Positions 19,353-30,047 of a stretch of DNA of 64,000 bases are shown here, one piece after another. Each line of letters opens with the position of its first letter. Within the stretch, counting starts at the first letter, position 1. A program made the translations under genes and the position numbers. The notes under the pieces are model-generated. The model made no database searches, was not told the origin of the DNA, and saw only the letters and a program-made list of their open reading frames with translations. This stretch comes from a virus (taxonomy: Duplodnaviria; Caudoviricetes): IMG/VR virus record IMGVR_UViG_3300017903_002946, positions 1 to 64,000 of that record, one strand, 5' to 3'.

Positions 19353-20891
19353 TTATAAATTAAAGCTTTCACTATTGTAATCGATTTGTAAGTTTCCTCT
19401 TCTTAATAATCCTCCTATTGTTAATACCATTGAATCCACAGCATCATCATGAGATGAATGTCCAAAATTTAATAGCTCATCTTCTAATACATTCCATTTT
19501 CTCCATTTATTCCAAACTACTTTTTTATTTTCATATAATCCAAGAACACCTCTTAACCTGGCTAATTTATCGCCTTTAAATCCTTTTACGGGAGATACTG
19601 ACAAATTATATAATGCTCGTTGTTCAATTATTATTCTTTTAAAATCTCCCTCAAATGAGTTCTGATAAGCAATTGCTTCAGGCCATATTAAACACGGCGA
19701 AAGTGTTGGAAAATATTGACCATCATCGTTCTCAGCAAGGATGTTCCAATCTGCAAGCATTTCGCAGAGGAGGTCCATCTTTTCGAGATTGCCCATGGTG
19801 CGGGCACGACGTTGATCAATCATGTATATTTTGCCTTCTTTAATTCCTCCTAATGTCATTACGGTCCAATCATTTTTTTCTCTAAGGCCAGCACTTAAAT
19901 CAATACCTACACCTAAGCAGTCATAATCTTCAGGTACTTGACCTTTGATAATTAATTCTGGTGAAATGCCAACATCTGTAGACCTTACTGCTGTATTTAA
20001 GTATTGATATGCAAAAGCAACTCGATCTTCTAACTTTCGTTCATTTAAATATTTCATAGACCAAAACTCTGGCCAATATGAACGTTGCTTGCCGTCTGCG
20101 TCTGTTATGACCGCTTTTTGTACGATTTGTTTCCAGTTATTTTTGGGTATAAATAGAGTTGCGTGTATATCGTCAAAATGGAATCGGGTGCCCAAACAGA
20201 TGGCCCGTGCACCTTGGAACATAGTAGGTGCAATGACATTGGACCATGTTTGTTCCATCTCCCTTCTAATGTCCGGATTATTGATGGATGCAGCGGATTT
20301 AATAGGGTCATCGATAAGCACCAATTGCGATCTTTTTGATGTAATTGCTCCCTTTAGACCTCCACATGCAATGGTAAAAGCTTCTTCACCAGCTGTATCA
20401 ATACCCGCAAATTCATAATCGATACTCCAATACTCATCACTTCGTTTAATTTTAGATAGCCTTACCATTGGGAAAACTTCACGGTATTTAGGGCTGGTTA
20501 AGATACCTTTGATCGTTGCTGATTTTGCTCTACTAATATCGACCATATATGCGATATATAGGATACGAAGCATCTTTTTTGCATTAGTATGTCGGCCAAT
20601 CATCCATGCTGCAAATAAACCAAGCACTGTACTTTTAGCAGAACCACGAGGTGCAAGAATTGCAGTGTTTGCTCCACCAATTCCTAATAAACACTCACTA
20701 TCTAAACCTGTGCATAATTCTGCATGCCATTCCAGCATATGTTTTGCTGGAGGTTTTCCCATAAATTTGCAAAAGGCTTGAAAACTTTCTCTTGCTTCGA
20801 GCACCTCTGTACTGGGCGCTTTAACAGTTACCTTAGTCGCTGTCATTAATGCTGATCGTTTATAAGCTAATGCAGGACTAGGTATTGCCAT
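19353..20891 (-). CDS. terL: Terminase large subunit
   Basis: Walker A APRGSAKST, Walker B LVLIDDP, coupling motif LGTRFH, nuclease GIDLS ... HDDAVD. Confidence 0.93.
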   Translation of the reverse strand: MAIPSPALAYKRSALMTATKVTVKAPSTEVLEARESFQAFCKFMGKPPAKHMLEWHAELCTGLDSECLLGIGGANTAILAPRGSAKSTVLGLFAAWMIGRHTNAKKMLRILYIAYMVDISRAKSATIKGILTSPKYREVFPMVRLSKIKRSDEYWSIDYEFAGIDTAGEEAFTIACGGLKGAITSKRSQLVLIDDPIKSAASINNPDIRREMEQTWSNVIAPTMFQGARAICLGTRFHFDDIHATLFIPKNNWKQIVQKAVITDADGKQRSYWPEFWSMKYLNERKLEDRVAFAYQYLNTAVRSTDVGISPELIIKGQVPEDYDCLGVGIDLSAGLREKNDWTVMTLGGIKEGKIYMIDQRRARTMGNLEKMDLLCEMLADWNILAENDDGQYFPTLSPCLIWPEAIAYQNSFEGDFKRIIIEQRALYNLSVSPVKGFKGDKLARLRGVLGLYENKKVVWNKWRKWNVLEDELLNFGHSSHDDAVDSMVLTIGGLLRRGNLQIDYNSESFNL

Positions 20892-20924
20892 AAGTTAGAC
20901 TTTTACCCCAAGTCTAACTAATAA

Positions 20925-21206
20925 TTACCTACGTTTAAGACCAAAGTTTTTAGCTTTCTGTTCGTTTTGCCGATTCTTTATTCTACGGATAGCTTTACTA
21001 CGTGCAGCCAGTGCTTTTGATTCTGCAAATGCAATACCCATATCTCTTTTGAACTCTGCATCAGCTATTTGACGTGCTGAAGTTTTAGAACCAGCCTCAT
21101 CTAATGCAGGAAGTGCTTTAGGCAAAGTATTTGCTAAACGTATTCCCGATATACCAGTATCTACTATTGCGGGAAGTTCTTTTAATTTAATATTACTAGC
21201 AGTCAT
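20925..21206 (-). CDS. Hypothetical basic protein
   Basis: 93-aa ORF between terminase and upstream gene. Confidence 0.5.
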   Translation of the reverse strand: MTASNIKLKELPAIVDTGISGIRLANTLPKALPALDEAGSKTSARQIADAEFKRDMGIAFAESKALAARSKAIRRIKNRQNEQKAKNFGLKRR

Positions 21207-21739
21207 TAATTTAGCTCACTATATATTTTTGCCCATACTGCATTCATTGCATTATCGATAGGTTCAGCAAAGTGTGGATCATCTTTGAAAATAGCAGTCA
21301 TTTCACGCATCACACGATCAGCGCCAGCCAAAATTAATCCACGTTTATCTGTTGTTTTATTCATTCGATCAGACGTTTCAATGTGCGAGCGTAATTCTTT
21401 TTCCAACGATGCCAGACGAGCCGCACCATCCGAGCCTTTGATTTCACCCGAGGTAATCGCCATTCGTAAGTCTTGTATATCGGAGTGCAAAGCAGCAATT
21501 TCGCTATTAAGTATCTCACGACGATTAAGCTTTTTAAACTTCATTTTGACCCAACGGGCCATATCATTAAATGTACCTGGATATTTCAATATTCCTGCAT
21601 ATACCCAAATTTCAATAACCGATGGAGTTACCTCAGCAAATTCTCTGAAGCTTTCTGACTCAGCAGCTGGTAAATTATCAAGCCATTGATCAACGTAAGT
21701 AACGTATACTTTGCCTGTTTTAGATTGAGCAACTGTCAT
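21206..21739 (-). CDS. Possible terminase small subunit
   Basis: 177 aa, helical with coiled coil, just upstream of terL; positional inference. Confidence 0.4.
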   Translation of the reverse strand: MTVAQSKTGKVYVTYVDQWLDNLPAAESESFREFAEVTPSVIEIWVYAGILKYPGTFNDMARWVKMKFKKLNRREILNSEIAALHSDIQDLRMAITSGEIKGSDGAARLASLEKELRSHIETSDRMNKTTDKRGLILAGADRVMREMTAIFKDDPHFAEPIDNAMNAVWAKIYSELN

Positions 21740-22539
21740 TAAAATCCTCTTGCAAGACTATTAGAACGATCTTGTGCTCTTTGCTCTTTACGCGAATCAA
21801 TTCGATCTTGGAAGTCATAAGTTTTGCGATCTTGATCACCACGTGCAGCCACTCCTAGTCGATCTTGTTCGCCTTGAGTAATAGTGCCCAGACGGCTCTC
21901 AACACCTTGTGCTCTGTAGTTCTTACGAGTCTGCTCACCAGCTGCCTGCATAGTACCTACGTTTCTACCAAACTCACGATTTTGAAATTCATTTTGTAGT
22001 TCGAACTGCTTGTCCATGGCCCTCATGCCATATCCAAACTCATCAGCACGAGCATCACGTTGATTTCTCAATTCTAAGTCGGCACCAAATTTTGCAGTGT
22101 CTTTAAACAACCCACCCTGAAATTCAGCCATATCTTTTGTCAACTCATTATCAAAGCCTTTACCAATAAAATCACCTATTAGACCATATTTAATATCACG
22201 TCCTAAGTTATCATCTTTATCTTGAGATGTACCCATAAATTTATCCATTATCTGTTGAAATATATTTAATCCCTGCCCTGTTTTATTAATAGATTGCTCT
22301 GGCGTAGGCGTTTCTTTTTGATTGCCAGATTCATTAGAAGTGGGTGCATTTTCTCTAGATTCGTCACCTTCATCTCTATCGTCAATGCCATTTTTATTGA
22401 TATCCCGAAAATCCGCCGTTCTGGCCATCCCGTCCTCTGGTCTTGAAAAATAACGGTAATCGGGGGAGTTAGGATTGTAGACGTCTTTGCCCATCATTCC
22501 ACCACCTCTCATCATCCTTCCACCAAAGTATGAATTCAT
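21739..22539 (-). CDS. Probable internal virion (ejection) protein
   Basis: 266 aa, QGEQDRL-type charged helical repeats; TACAAT box at 22566-22571. Confidence 0.5.
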   Translation of the reverse strand: MNSYFGGRMMRGGGMMGKDVYNPNSPDYRYFSRPEDGMARTADFRDINKNGIDDRDEGDESRENAPTSNESGNQKETPTPEQSINKTGQGLNIFQQIMDKFMGTSQDKDDNLGRDIKYGLIGDFIGKGFDNELTKDMAEFQGGLFKDTAKFGADLELRNQRDARADEFGYGMRAMDKQFELQNEFQNREFGRNVGTMQAAGEQTRKNYRAQGVESRLGTITQGEQDRLGVAARGDQDRKTYDFQDRIDSRKEQRAQDRSNSLARGF

Positions 22540-22607
22540 GAGCCTTTTATTTCACTAATATAAATATTGTATCTAACTACAATAGATATATTAGGCGTAA
22601 ATGTGTC

Positions 22608-23654
22608 ATGCAATTTAATTCAGTAAAAAGCGGTAATTTTTTGGCTAATGCTAAATCAGTTAATGATAACGCTACTGAAATTTATGACACTGCTCGTCGG
22701 ACAGGTTTTCAAGTTGATCGAGTTATTAAACAATCTAATGCAAGTAATGCTGTTAAAAAAGTAGCCGCCGCTCGCCGTAATAAAGCTATTGTTAATCAAG
22801 CTTCTGAAATTATTGGAGATGCTAAGACTGAAGATATAAAAACTAAAAGTAAAAAAGCTGTTAAAGATATTCTACGGCCTGCTGTCCGTATGGAAGGTAT
22901 TAATCGTATGGCAGGCAGTATTGCTGCAGGTGCTTACATTATGGATGAGAGTAAAAAGCTGCAGAAGGAGCAGGCTGAATTGAAGAGGCAGCGGCAGCTG
23001 ATAAATCAGTCGCTGATTGACTTAAATAAACAAAAGGCAGAACAAGCTAAAACAAATGCTGAGTTCAATAAAAAACTGCTTGAGCAATATGAAAGGGAGG
23101 GTGGTATGTTGCCTGATGATGAGACCACAGATTCTTCTTCAAATCAGACTTCTTCTCAAAAAGTTAGTGCAACTGGTCAGCCTGAAATTACCGCTTTAAA
23201 TAACTCTTCTTACACTGGCTCATTAAATTCTTTAAGTCCTGAAGATAAGAAGTGGATTGCATTTGGAGTATCTGGTGAATCTAAACCTAATACCGATGAT
23301 GATTTCGGTGTTGCTAGCGTTATCCTTACAAGAATGAAAAACCGTAATCAGTCTGCTTATGATGTAGTTCATGCGCCTGGTCAATTTGCTGCAGTAGTAG
23401 GTACTCCAGGAAAACATGGTCCTACAGCTAAGCATGTTCCTGGATTAGTAGATAGATTATTTAGTCCTGAAGGTATGGCCAAAATTGAAGAGGCCACTAA
23501 AAAATTAGATGGTCGTGCTTACTTTAAAGGGCAGGAACTGCTGCGTAATCGCTCTAGTAGGGGTAACAAAGACTACAACAAAGACGGAAAACCAGATATG
23601 GATCCAATGTTCCATCCCTTAGGTAACTTCTATCACTATGGGCATCAAAGTTAA
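22608..23654 (+). CDS. Virion-associated protein with C-terminal SleB-like (Hydrolase_2) cell-wall hydrolase domain
   Basis: WIAFGVSGES...GVASVILTRM...YDVVHAPGQFAAV...AYFKG...GNFYH fits the SleB pattern; coiled-coil N-half; TACAAT box at 22578-22583. Confidence 0.7.
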   Translation: MQFNSVKSGNFLANAKSVNDNATEIYDTARRTGFQVDRVIKQSNASNAVKKVAAARRNKAIVNQASEIIGDAKTEDIKTKSKKAVKDILRPAVRMEGINRMAGSIAAGAYIMDESKKLQKEQAELKRQRQLINQSLIDLNKQKAEQAKTNAEFNKKLLEQYEREGGMLPDDETTDSSSNQTSSQKVSATGQPEITALNNSSYTGSLNSLSPEDKKWIAFGVSGESKPNTDDDFGVASVILTRMKNRNQSAYDVVHAPGQFAAVVGTPGKHGPTAKHVPGLVDRLFSPEGMAKIEEATKKLDGRAYFKGQELLRNRSSRGNKDYNKDGKPDMDPMFHPLGNFYHYGHQS

Positions 23655-24472
23655 TACGCAAATGCGTTACCCATGGATCGCATGCCTTCAACGATTTGCA
23701 TAATTGCTTTCTGGCGATCAAGGCGGAAGTTACGAGCCTCTTGCATGTCAAGTCTGCGGTTCTCTAGTCCAAGCTGCATCTGTTGGATTTGGAATTCCTG
23801 AGCACGGTTTGCTTCAGTTTGTGCATCACGCCGCATTTGTTCACGCAGTGTGTCAGCTCTTAATCGCGATTCTTTTGCATCCTGTCTTGCCCAGATTTTT
23901 TCTCGATCTTTAAGTGCAAGCCTTCGATCTTCTGCTTCATCCTCTCTCTGTACTCTTCTTTTATCCTGACTAATCTCATAGTCAATTTGCGCAGGGGACA
24001 TCGTAACAAGAGTACTGACATCCATACCCCTTGCTTTTGCAAGCTTTAGCTTCTCAACTCTTGCAAGTTCAGCATCTCTTCTATATCCAGCCGCTTTGCT
24101 GCTTTCACCCTGAGTTTTGTTTGGGCCGTCTTTATACTCAAATACCGATTTTTCGGGGGGCTTTAAGCCTAATGTTATATAATCTTGCCTTACTTTGCCA
24201 TAGTCAGCAAGTAAGTCTTTATTGATTGCATCAATTGCGTTTTGCCTGGCCTGCGCTCTTACCTTACTTACAGGGACACCTGTAGCCCAAGAACGTGCAT
24301 GATCGCCAAAATCATCTACGTATGCATCAGGGTTGTCTAAGTCAAATTCCTCACTCCTCGCAATCGCTTCAGGTGTGTAACCGATTGACTGCTTTAAACC
24401 AGGAATTAAATCAATACCAGCTTTGGTTAACAGCCCGCCACCAGTAAGAATTGCACCTCCAGTTAATAACAT
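23651..24472 (-). CDS. Probable internal virion protein
   Basis: 273 aa, Arg/Glu/Gln coiled-coil C-terminus. Confidence 0.5.
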   Translation of the reverse strand: MLLTGGAILTGGGLLTKAGIDLIPGLKQSIGYTPEAIARSEEFDLDNPDAYVDDFGDHARSWATGVPVSKVRAQARQNAIDAINKDLLADYGKVRQDYITLGLKPPEKSVFEYKDGPNKTQGESSKAAGYRRDAELARVEKLKLAKARGMDVSTLVTMSPAQIDYEISQDKRRVQREDEAEDRRLALKDREKIWARQDAKESRLRADTLREQMRRDAQTEANRAQEFQIQQMQLGLENRRLDMQEARNFRLDRQKAIMQIVEGMRSMGNAFAY

Positions 24473-24999
24473 CAGATTAACCCTCGCTGTTGTAATAATT
24501 TGACTGCTTCTTCTAGTTTACGTTGTTCGGCAGACTTACCTCCGCCAAAAACAAACTGTGTGGCATCACTTGCCATCTTTCCTAAGCCTGCACCAGTTGC
24601 AATGGCCAATGGATTACCCAGACCCACAATTCCGCCAATAGTTCCACCGATACCCATTGCGCTTGCATCCATAGCTTTGTTAGCAAGGCTGTCAGGACCG
24701 GCAACAACATCAGCTGCATCAAGAGCAACTAATGCTGTACTTAATCCAGGTACGGCACGAAGAATGTTTCTAGCTGCTTTTCCTCCAGCAAAGCGTGCTA
24801 AAGGTCTTACTTTAACTATCCCAGATTTTGCTCCCTTTGCTGCAGACTTACCATCAAAAATAAGATGATCTCTTATTTTTTCCTGAGCACTATCAGCAAA
24901 GTTTTCACCGCTCAGAAAACGTAGAACGTCATTAACGTTCGTAGCGCCAATCTTTTTGGCTAACTCTTCTAAGCTCATTTGAGTGTGTCCAGTAACCAT
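24472..24999 (-). CDS. Probable internal virion protein
   Basis: 175 aa, Gly/Ala zipper. Confidence 0.5.
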   Translation of the reverse strand: MVTGHTQMSLEELAKKIGATNVNDVLRFLSGENFADSAQEKIRDHLIFDGKSAAKGAKSGIVKVRPLARFAGGKAARNILRAVPGLSTALVALDAADVVAGPDSLANKAMDASAMGIGGTIGGIVGLGNPLAIATGAGLGKMASDATQFVFGGGKSAEQRKLEEAVKLLQQRGLI

Positions 25000-25004
25000 G
25001 ATGT

Positions 25005-25439
25005 TTAACCAAATAGTCCTCCAAGACTTTGACCAAGACGACCACCAATCATGCCACCTATTGGTCCGCCAATTGCGGCTCCTCCAATTGTACCAACAGC
25101 GCCTAATGCTGAGCTAAACATTGATTTACTTGCGTCTTTTCTGGCTGCTGCTTTTATGGCATCAGCTTGTTTTTTTGCATCTTGTGCATCTGCAAAACCA
25201 GCCAGTCCTCCTATCCGTGCACCAAGTTCTGCATCCTTAATTGCATTAAAAATATTTGCCTGTGAGGCAGTATTTTGAGCAACAATTCCTGCAAAATCAG
25301 GTGCTGCAGCGCGATTAGCTTTAAAAATTCTTGCAACATTAACCGCATTTCCTGCGGTTCCGTAATTACTGGTAGGTCCTCCAGTAATAGTTGGGGGTGT
25401 TAAATTTAAGCTAGATCCAGAAAGCGAGAAACTTGCCAT
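25005..25439 (-). CDS. Probable internal virion protein
   Basis: 144 aa, C-terminal glycine zipper; TACACT box at 25462-25467. Confidence 0.5.
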   Translation of the reverse strand: MASFSLSGSSLNLTPPTITGGPTSNYGTAGNAVNVARIFKANRAAAPDFAGIVAQNTASQANIFNAIKDAELGARIGGLAGFADAQDAKKQADAIKAAARKDASKSMFSSALGAVGTIGGAAIGGPIGGMIGGRLGQSLGGLFG

Positions 25440-25467
25440 AACAGCGTATCAGCCTTTGTATAGTGTA

Positions 25468-25896
25468 TCAATTAAATAATTGTGGCAGCATGAAATTATT
25501 TCCAGGCCCTGCTCCAGTTTCTATTCCTAAATCATTTATTTCTCCTTGACTTAAATCAACTCCATACGTTTTACCTCCAATTTCTGCTGTTGGGCCGCCA
25601 CCAAATCCACCCAGTGCGGCACTACGTCCAATACCCCCTACCAAATCCATAACAGTACCAAACATACCAGCATTTTGTGTTTGTTGTTGTGCATAAGCAC
25701 CCGCATCACGTAGAAGATCTTTGCGTTTAGATTCTCCAAACAAATCAAGCCCTTTTCCTGCCAGACGTCCAGCTCTTTTTGCAGCACTTCCTTTCATATA
25801 TGCATTAGCTCTATTACGTGCATTTACAGCCATTCCTGTATCGAAAGAATCGCCCATAAAGCTTGTTACATCAATGCCTGAATTTAAAAAGCTCAT
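25468..25896 (-). CDS. Probable internal virion protein
   Basis: 142 aa, Gly/Ala-rich. Confidence 0.5.
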   Translation of the reverse strand: MSFLNSGIDVTSFMGDSFDTGMAVNARNRANAYMKGSAAKRAGRLAGKGLDLFGESKRKDLLRDAGAYAQQQTQNAGMFGTVMDLVGGIGRSAALGGFGGGPTAEIGGKTYGVDLSQGEINDLGIETGAGPGNNFMLPQLFN

Positions 25897-25900
25897 TGTT

Positions 25901-27139
25901 TTAACTCAAATACTGCTCTGCATTACCGCCTTCTAATTGATTGGCAATAGAGTTACGGCGGCGTCTTTCTGATTCAATTATATTACCTGTTACATTACCT
26001 ACGGTTAATCCGGCAAGTCCTCCTGTTAACCCGCCAATTGCAGCACGTCCTGATCGTGAACCATACTTAGCTCCCGCAACTCCACCAGCTAAAGCTCCTA
26101 GGTAAGGAACTACGCCTGTTGTAATCGGTAGACCTCTACCAAGAAACTGAACTTCTGGTCCATGAATGCCTTCATCTGTAAATTTTAAAGCACCTGCGCC
26201 AATTGTTATATCACCATCTAAAGGATTGTAGTCCTCACGTTTGTCATATTTAAAAGCTTGATATCGATTGTATTCTTCACGGCTAACATCAGGTCTTACT
26301 TTTTTAAACTCATCGTAGGGAAGCAATTGCCCTGTTCTACCCATTAAATATTTAAGACCTATTTCACCAATAACGTTTTTAGTTTTACTTGGATCATCTT
26401 CATCAGGTATTGCGGCTTTATATCCTTCAGCTCCACCAAACGGGCTCATAAGTCCCAAACCAGTATTGATTGCAATACCAGTGGGAATAGCTAACGACTG
26501 AACCATGCCAGGGCTGTAGTTCCGTTTCTGCAGATCACCACTTTCGTCAAAACTATAACCACGTGCTGCTGTCAGACGATCGTCAATCTGCTTTGCATAT
26601 CCTCTGCGGAGCATCTCACCAATGGCTTGCTCATCCGCTCTGTTCAAATAACGTGGCTGTTTCCCTTCACCAGACTTCTTGGTGAACGGAGTATCGGTGC
26701 TCTGTACACGAGACTTCTCATACAGCTCTGGAACGATCCTGGATAGGGTCTGTTCGTTAATTACTTCACCTGTTGCCTGCAGTGCATTCAGAAGCCAGTA
26801 GATGCCTCTGGTGGTGTCCTGCGTCAAGTCATTGGCAATGCTTCCGCCAAACTGTCCGATCTTATGTGCAGTGCTGCCTCTCAAGCTCATGTCGAGCTCT
26901 TGTAAGGCTTGTGTCTTTTCAGGGCTTAACTTCCCAAGTGCTTCCTGTATACGGAATGCAGCAGGGTGTGTTCCCATCAATGCATCAAACTTTGTGGACT
27001 CTTCTGTCTGTCCTTTTAGCTTTCGATCACGCAGGAATGCATTACGTCTGTCCTCGCGTCCAAGCTGATAGTCTGCGGAAAACCCAGCACCTAAGTCGTT
27101 CAAGATGTTTTTGATTTGTTCTCGCCTACTCTCAGCCAT
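25901..27139 (-). CDS. Probable internal virion protein
   Basis: 412 aa, C-terminal glycine zipper. Confidence 0.5.
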   Translation of the reverse strand: MAESRREQIKNILNDLGAGFSADYQLGREDRRNAFLRDRKLKGQTEESTKFDALMGTHPAAFRIQEALGKLSPEKTQALQELDMSLRGSTAHKIGQFGGSIANDLTQDTTRGIYWLLNALQATGEVINEQTLSRIVPELYEKSRVQSTDTPFTKKSGEGKQPRYLNRADEQAIGEMLRRGYAKQIDDRLTAARGYSFDESGDLQKRNYSPGMVQSLAIPTGIAINTGLGLMSPFGGAEGYKAAIPDEDDPSKTKNVIGEIGLKYLMGRTGQLLPYDEFKKVRPDVSREEYNRYQAFKYDKREDYNPLDGDITIGAGALKFTDEGIHGPEVQFLGRGLPITTGVVPYLGALAGGVAGAKYGSRSGRAAIGGLTGGLAGLTVGNVTGNIIESERRRRNSIANQLEGGNAEQYLS

Positions 27140-27149
27140 TAGTTTTGCC

Positions 27150-27653
27150 TCAACTAATTAATGCACTTTGCGTCGAAGCAGGGAGCAATCCAAGCTCAGC
27201 AAGGATGCGTCCGGTTTGGTCTTCACGAATTAACTGTTCAAGCTTCTGACGATCTTGTTCATTTAATCTTTCATAAGCTGTAAGGCCTTTGCCTCCTAAA
27301 AGCTTATCTTTGCCACGCTGTATTTGATCACCAACAGATCGACCGGCAAAGTCACCCAGAATAGAACCACCAATATCAAGTCCTGTGCCTAATACTTGAT
27401 TTTTTCCTCCAAGCCTTCCTAAACCAAGTCCACCCAACGAACCGCCTACTGCAGTTGAAGTTCCTGCAATAAGTTTGTCTCCTATGTCTCCTGGTGTCAT
27501 CGCTCCTTCTAATCCACCAAACAATATGTCAGGTAACAGACGCAGCGTAAGTTCGTCAGCTTTCATGAATTGGTTTGTGCCAGGAACTTTAAATAAACTT
27601 TTTAATGCTTCTCCGGCAAACCTGCCGCCTTTACTTAGTAATTTAACCGACAT
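27150..27653 (-). CDS. Glycine-zipper virion protein
   Basis: ATG 27653 (MSVKLLSKGG) preferred to the longer track ORF, which overlaps the upstream gene. Confidence 0.5.
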   Translation of the reverse strand: MSVKLLSKGGRFAGEALKSLFKVPGTNQFMKADELTLRLLPDILFGGLEGAMTPGDIGDKLIAGTSTAVGGSLGGLGLGRLGGKNQVLGTGLDIGGSILGDFAGRSVGDQIQRGKDKLLGGKGLTAYERLNEQDRQKLEQLIREDQTGRILAELGLLPASTQSALIS

Positions 27654-27966
27654 TATTATTATCCTCTTGATTAATAGGTTTAACCGGCTTGCCCATATTA
27701 TATCTAGCTTGATACCACTCTTGACCTTGGTTTGACTTTTCAAATGCGATCATAAAATCGTCAGTCCACTTTTTGTTTTCAGGATCATTCATATATCGCT
27801 GCACACGAGCACGAGCTTGTATTTGTTGTTCAGGTCTATCTAAATCGCTTGCTTGTTTAATTTTGGTGGCACTGTTTATTGTGCCAGTACTTAAAGGCTT
27901 ACGTTGTGCTTCTTGTTGTGTATCGCGACCCTGTTGGGTATTGCGTCTTAAATATGTAAGTTTCAT
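27643..27966 (-). CDS. Hypothetical protein
   Basis: 107 aa, coupled to neighbours. Confidence 0.5.
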   Translation of the reverse strand: MKLTYLRRNTQQGRDTQQEAQRKPLSTGTINSATKIKQASDLDRPEQQIQARARVQRYMNDPENKKWTDDFMIAFEKSNQGQEWYQARYNMGKPVKPINQEDNNNVG

Positions 27967-27968
27967 GA

Positions 27969-30008
27969 TTAGCGGCTCCGAGGGAAGGACGAACGACGAG
28001 CAATGGGCGGCAATGAACTAATGATCGTACTCATTGCATCAGCGCGACGCGCAAGGTCTTTATCAGCTCTGCGTTGAACTGCTTGAGCACCAATGATGTT
28101 TGCTTCATTACGCTTACGACGGATTGCAGCATCAGCTTTAGATTCACCTTTTTTGGCACGACTTTCACTTAAGCGTTCTAATGTTGCGCGGATTGCATCT
28201 GGATTAGTTTGTCCAGTTCGATTGTAGACAGGCTCCTGAAGCAGGGTTGCTTCCATGGGACCACGAACTGTTGATTGTGTTGGTCTGTCAGCAGGCATAC
28301 CGATAAACGGTTTTTGAGCAGCAGCTCCTCCACGCTGTGCATCAAGACCAGCCATAGCAGAACGGATGTCCTGTTTGATTGGCTTACCTTTAGAGTCAGT
28401 ACCAACACGGATACTGGAGCCACCGCCTTGTTGAGCGATTGGAATGCTTCCAAACCCTTCAGGCGGTGCATTAAAGATTACGTCTTTAGTTGGTTCTCCT
28501 GTACGAGACAAGTAGGTGCCGGTAGGATTTTGGTTTACAGAAGAACGCTTAGCTGCGTCTAGCTGGAACATTGCATTAGCTAGCCGTTCCTCATCTCCAC
28601 TAGTCATGCCTAACTTCTGCATCAGGCCGCTGACGACCTGAGTACCAGCAGGGATGTTTTTAGTTCTACTCGTTTCGTCTGGGTTACGAATCATCAGTGT
28701 GTCGCCACGTTTTTCTAGTTCTTTTTGGATGAATTTGGCTACTGTTTCTATTTCATCAATATTTCTGACGTTGTCTGAAATAGTAGGAGTATTAGGCAGC
28801 TCCATGCCAGCAAGAACGTTACGCACTCTGTTGGAAAAGTCAGTCGTTTCTTTGCTGATATTTGCTTGGGGATAGCGGGGAGGAGTGCTTCCGGTGTCTT
28901 GCGTCATGGCAGGGAGGTTGCTAGCTGCCCACTCCCGAGCGGTTTGGGGGTTCTGAGGCGCGTTGATCAACTGAGCAGTGTCAGGAGTGTTGGCTCCTTG
29001 AGTTGCAAGGCTGATACCGAGCTCAGGGTCTAGAGCAATGGGCACCTTGGTTGCTGGATCGGCATATCCAACGACACGTCCAGTACCATCAACAATTTCT
29101 TCGGCTTGAGGGAACTGACTGGGAGCACCTTGACGGATAACAAGAGATTGCTCCATTGGTCCTAAAGCACCAGCAGCTCCCATTCGTCTCATTTCGCCTA
29201 TACGTCCAATTGCTTCATCAGCAAATGCACCAGCACCGCCCGTTAAGAAGGCCGTGCGAGCAATATTCTGTGCTTCAGCATCTGCACGGAATTGATTGGC
29301 TTCACGGACCTCAGGATTAAATCTTCTGCTGTCTTTGCGTGCAATTACTCTACCTATCCGTGCATCAGCGACCTTTTCATTCTGCAAATACTGCTTAAGA
29401 GCGTCCATTGCAGTAGATGTTTCGCTATCGACGCCAGATCCTCCAAAAACACGAGCAATAGATCCGCCAACACCGCTTTTTTGTCGTGCAGCAGAGCGTT
29501 CAAGGTCCTTTAAAGCGTCAGAAATAACAGATTTGGGGGCCATTTTGACTTCTTCGCCCCGAGTTTCATCAAAAGTCTCTCTTCGAAGCAGGCCAGTCTC
29601 CTCATCAGTCGTAAATCCACGGTCATCAGCACGATATGTCTGCTCATCGTCCTGCATTTGCCCGAATGCAGCAGCGTATTCATCATCTTCTTGGAATTTC
29701 AGCCCATCGAGCTCTGCACGGCCTACTTCATTTGTAGTAGTTTTATTGGCTTGGGCAATTTGGCGTAGATATTGTTTGGAATCAAAGCCGTCACCTTTAC
29801 GCTGTTGACGTCTTTGCTGCCGAGACACCATTGCAAGTGTTTCTTCAGGCGACATACCAAGCGTTCTACCAGCGGCTTGGAACTCGGCAGACTTAATAAG
29901 TTCAGCATTTATGTCATGCGGAGTTTGTTGAGGATCACCACTTGCAGAAAAACGGCTTAATGCAACTTTATTTGTATTATGCCTTGCTTGATTAGTTTCT
30001 AAGTACAC
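27969..30008 (-). CDS. Large probable internal virion protein (679 aa)
   Basis: Gln/Ala/Arg-rich and helical; GTG start with TACAAT box at 30035-30040. Confidence 0.55.
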   Translation of the reverse strand: MYLETNQARHNTNKVALSRFSASGDPQQTPHDINAELIKSAEFQAAGRTLGMSPEETLAMVSRQQRRQQRKGDGFDSKQYLRQIAQANKTTTNEVGRAELDGLKFQEDDEYAAAFGQMQDDEQTYRADDRGFTTDEETGLLRRETFDETRGEEVKMAPKSVISDALKDLERSAARQKSGVGGSIARVFGGSGVDSETSTAMDALKQYLQNEKVADARIGRVIARKDSRRFNPEVREANQFRADAEAQNIARTAFLTGGAGAFADEAIGRIGEMRRMGAAGALGPMEQSLVIRQGAPSQFPQAEEIVDGTGRVVGYADPATKVPIALDPELGISLATQGANTPDTAQLINAPQNPQTAREWAASNLPAMTQDTGSTPPRYPQANISKETTDFSNRVRNVLAGMELPNTPTISDNVRNIDEIETVAKFIQKELEKRGDTLMIRNPDETSRTKNIPAGTQVVSGLMQKLGMTSGDEERLANAMFQLDAAKRSSVNQNPTGTYLSRTGEPTKDVIFNAPPEGFGSIPIAQQGGGSSIRVGTDSKGKPIKQDIRSAMAGLDAQRGGAAAQKPFIGMPADRPTQSTVRGPMEATLLQEPVYNRTGQTNPDAIRATLERLSESRAKKGESKADAAIRRKRNEANIIGAQAVQRRADKDLARRADAMSTIISSLPPIARRSSFPRSR

Positions 30009-30047
30009 TATTTCTACTGCAAAAACCTACAACTATTGTAGATAATT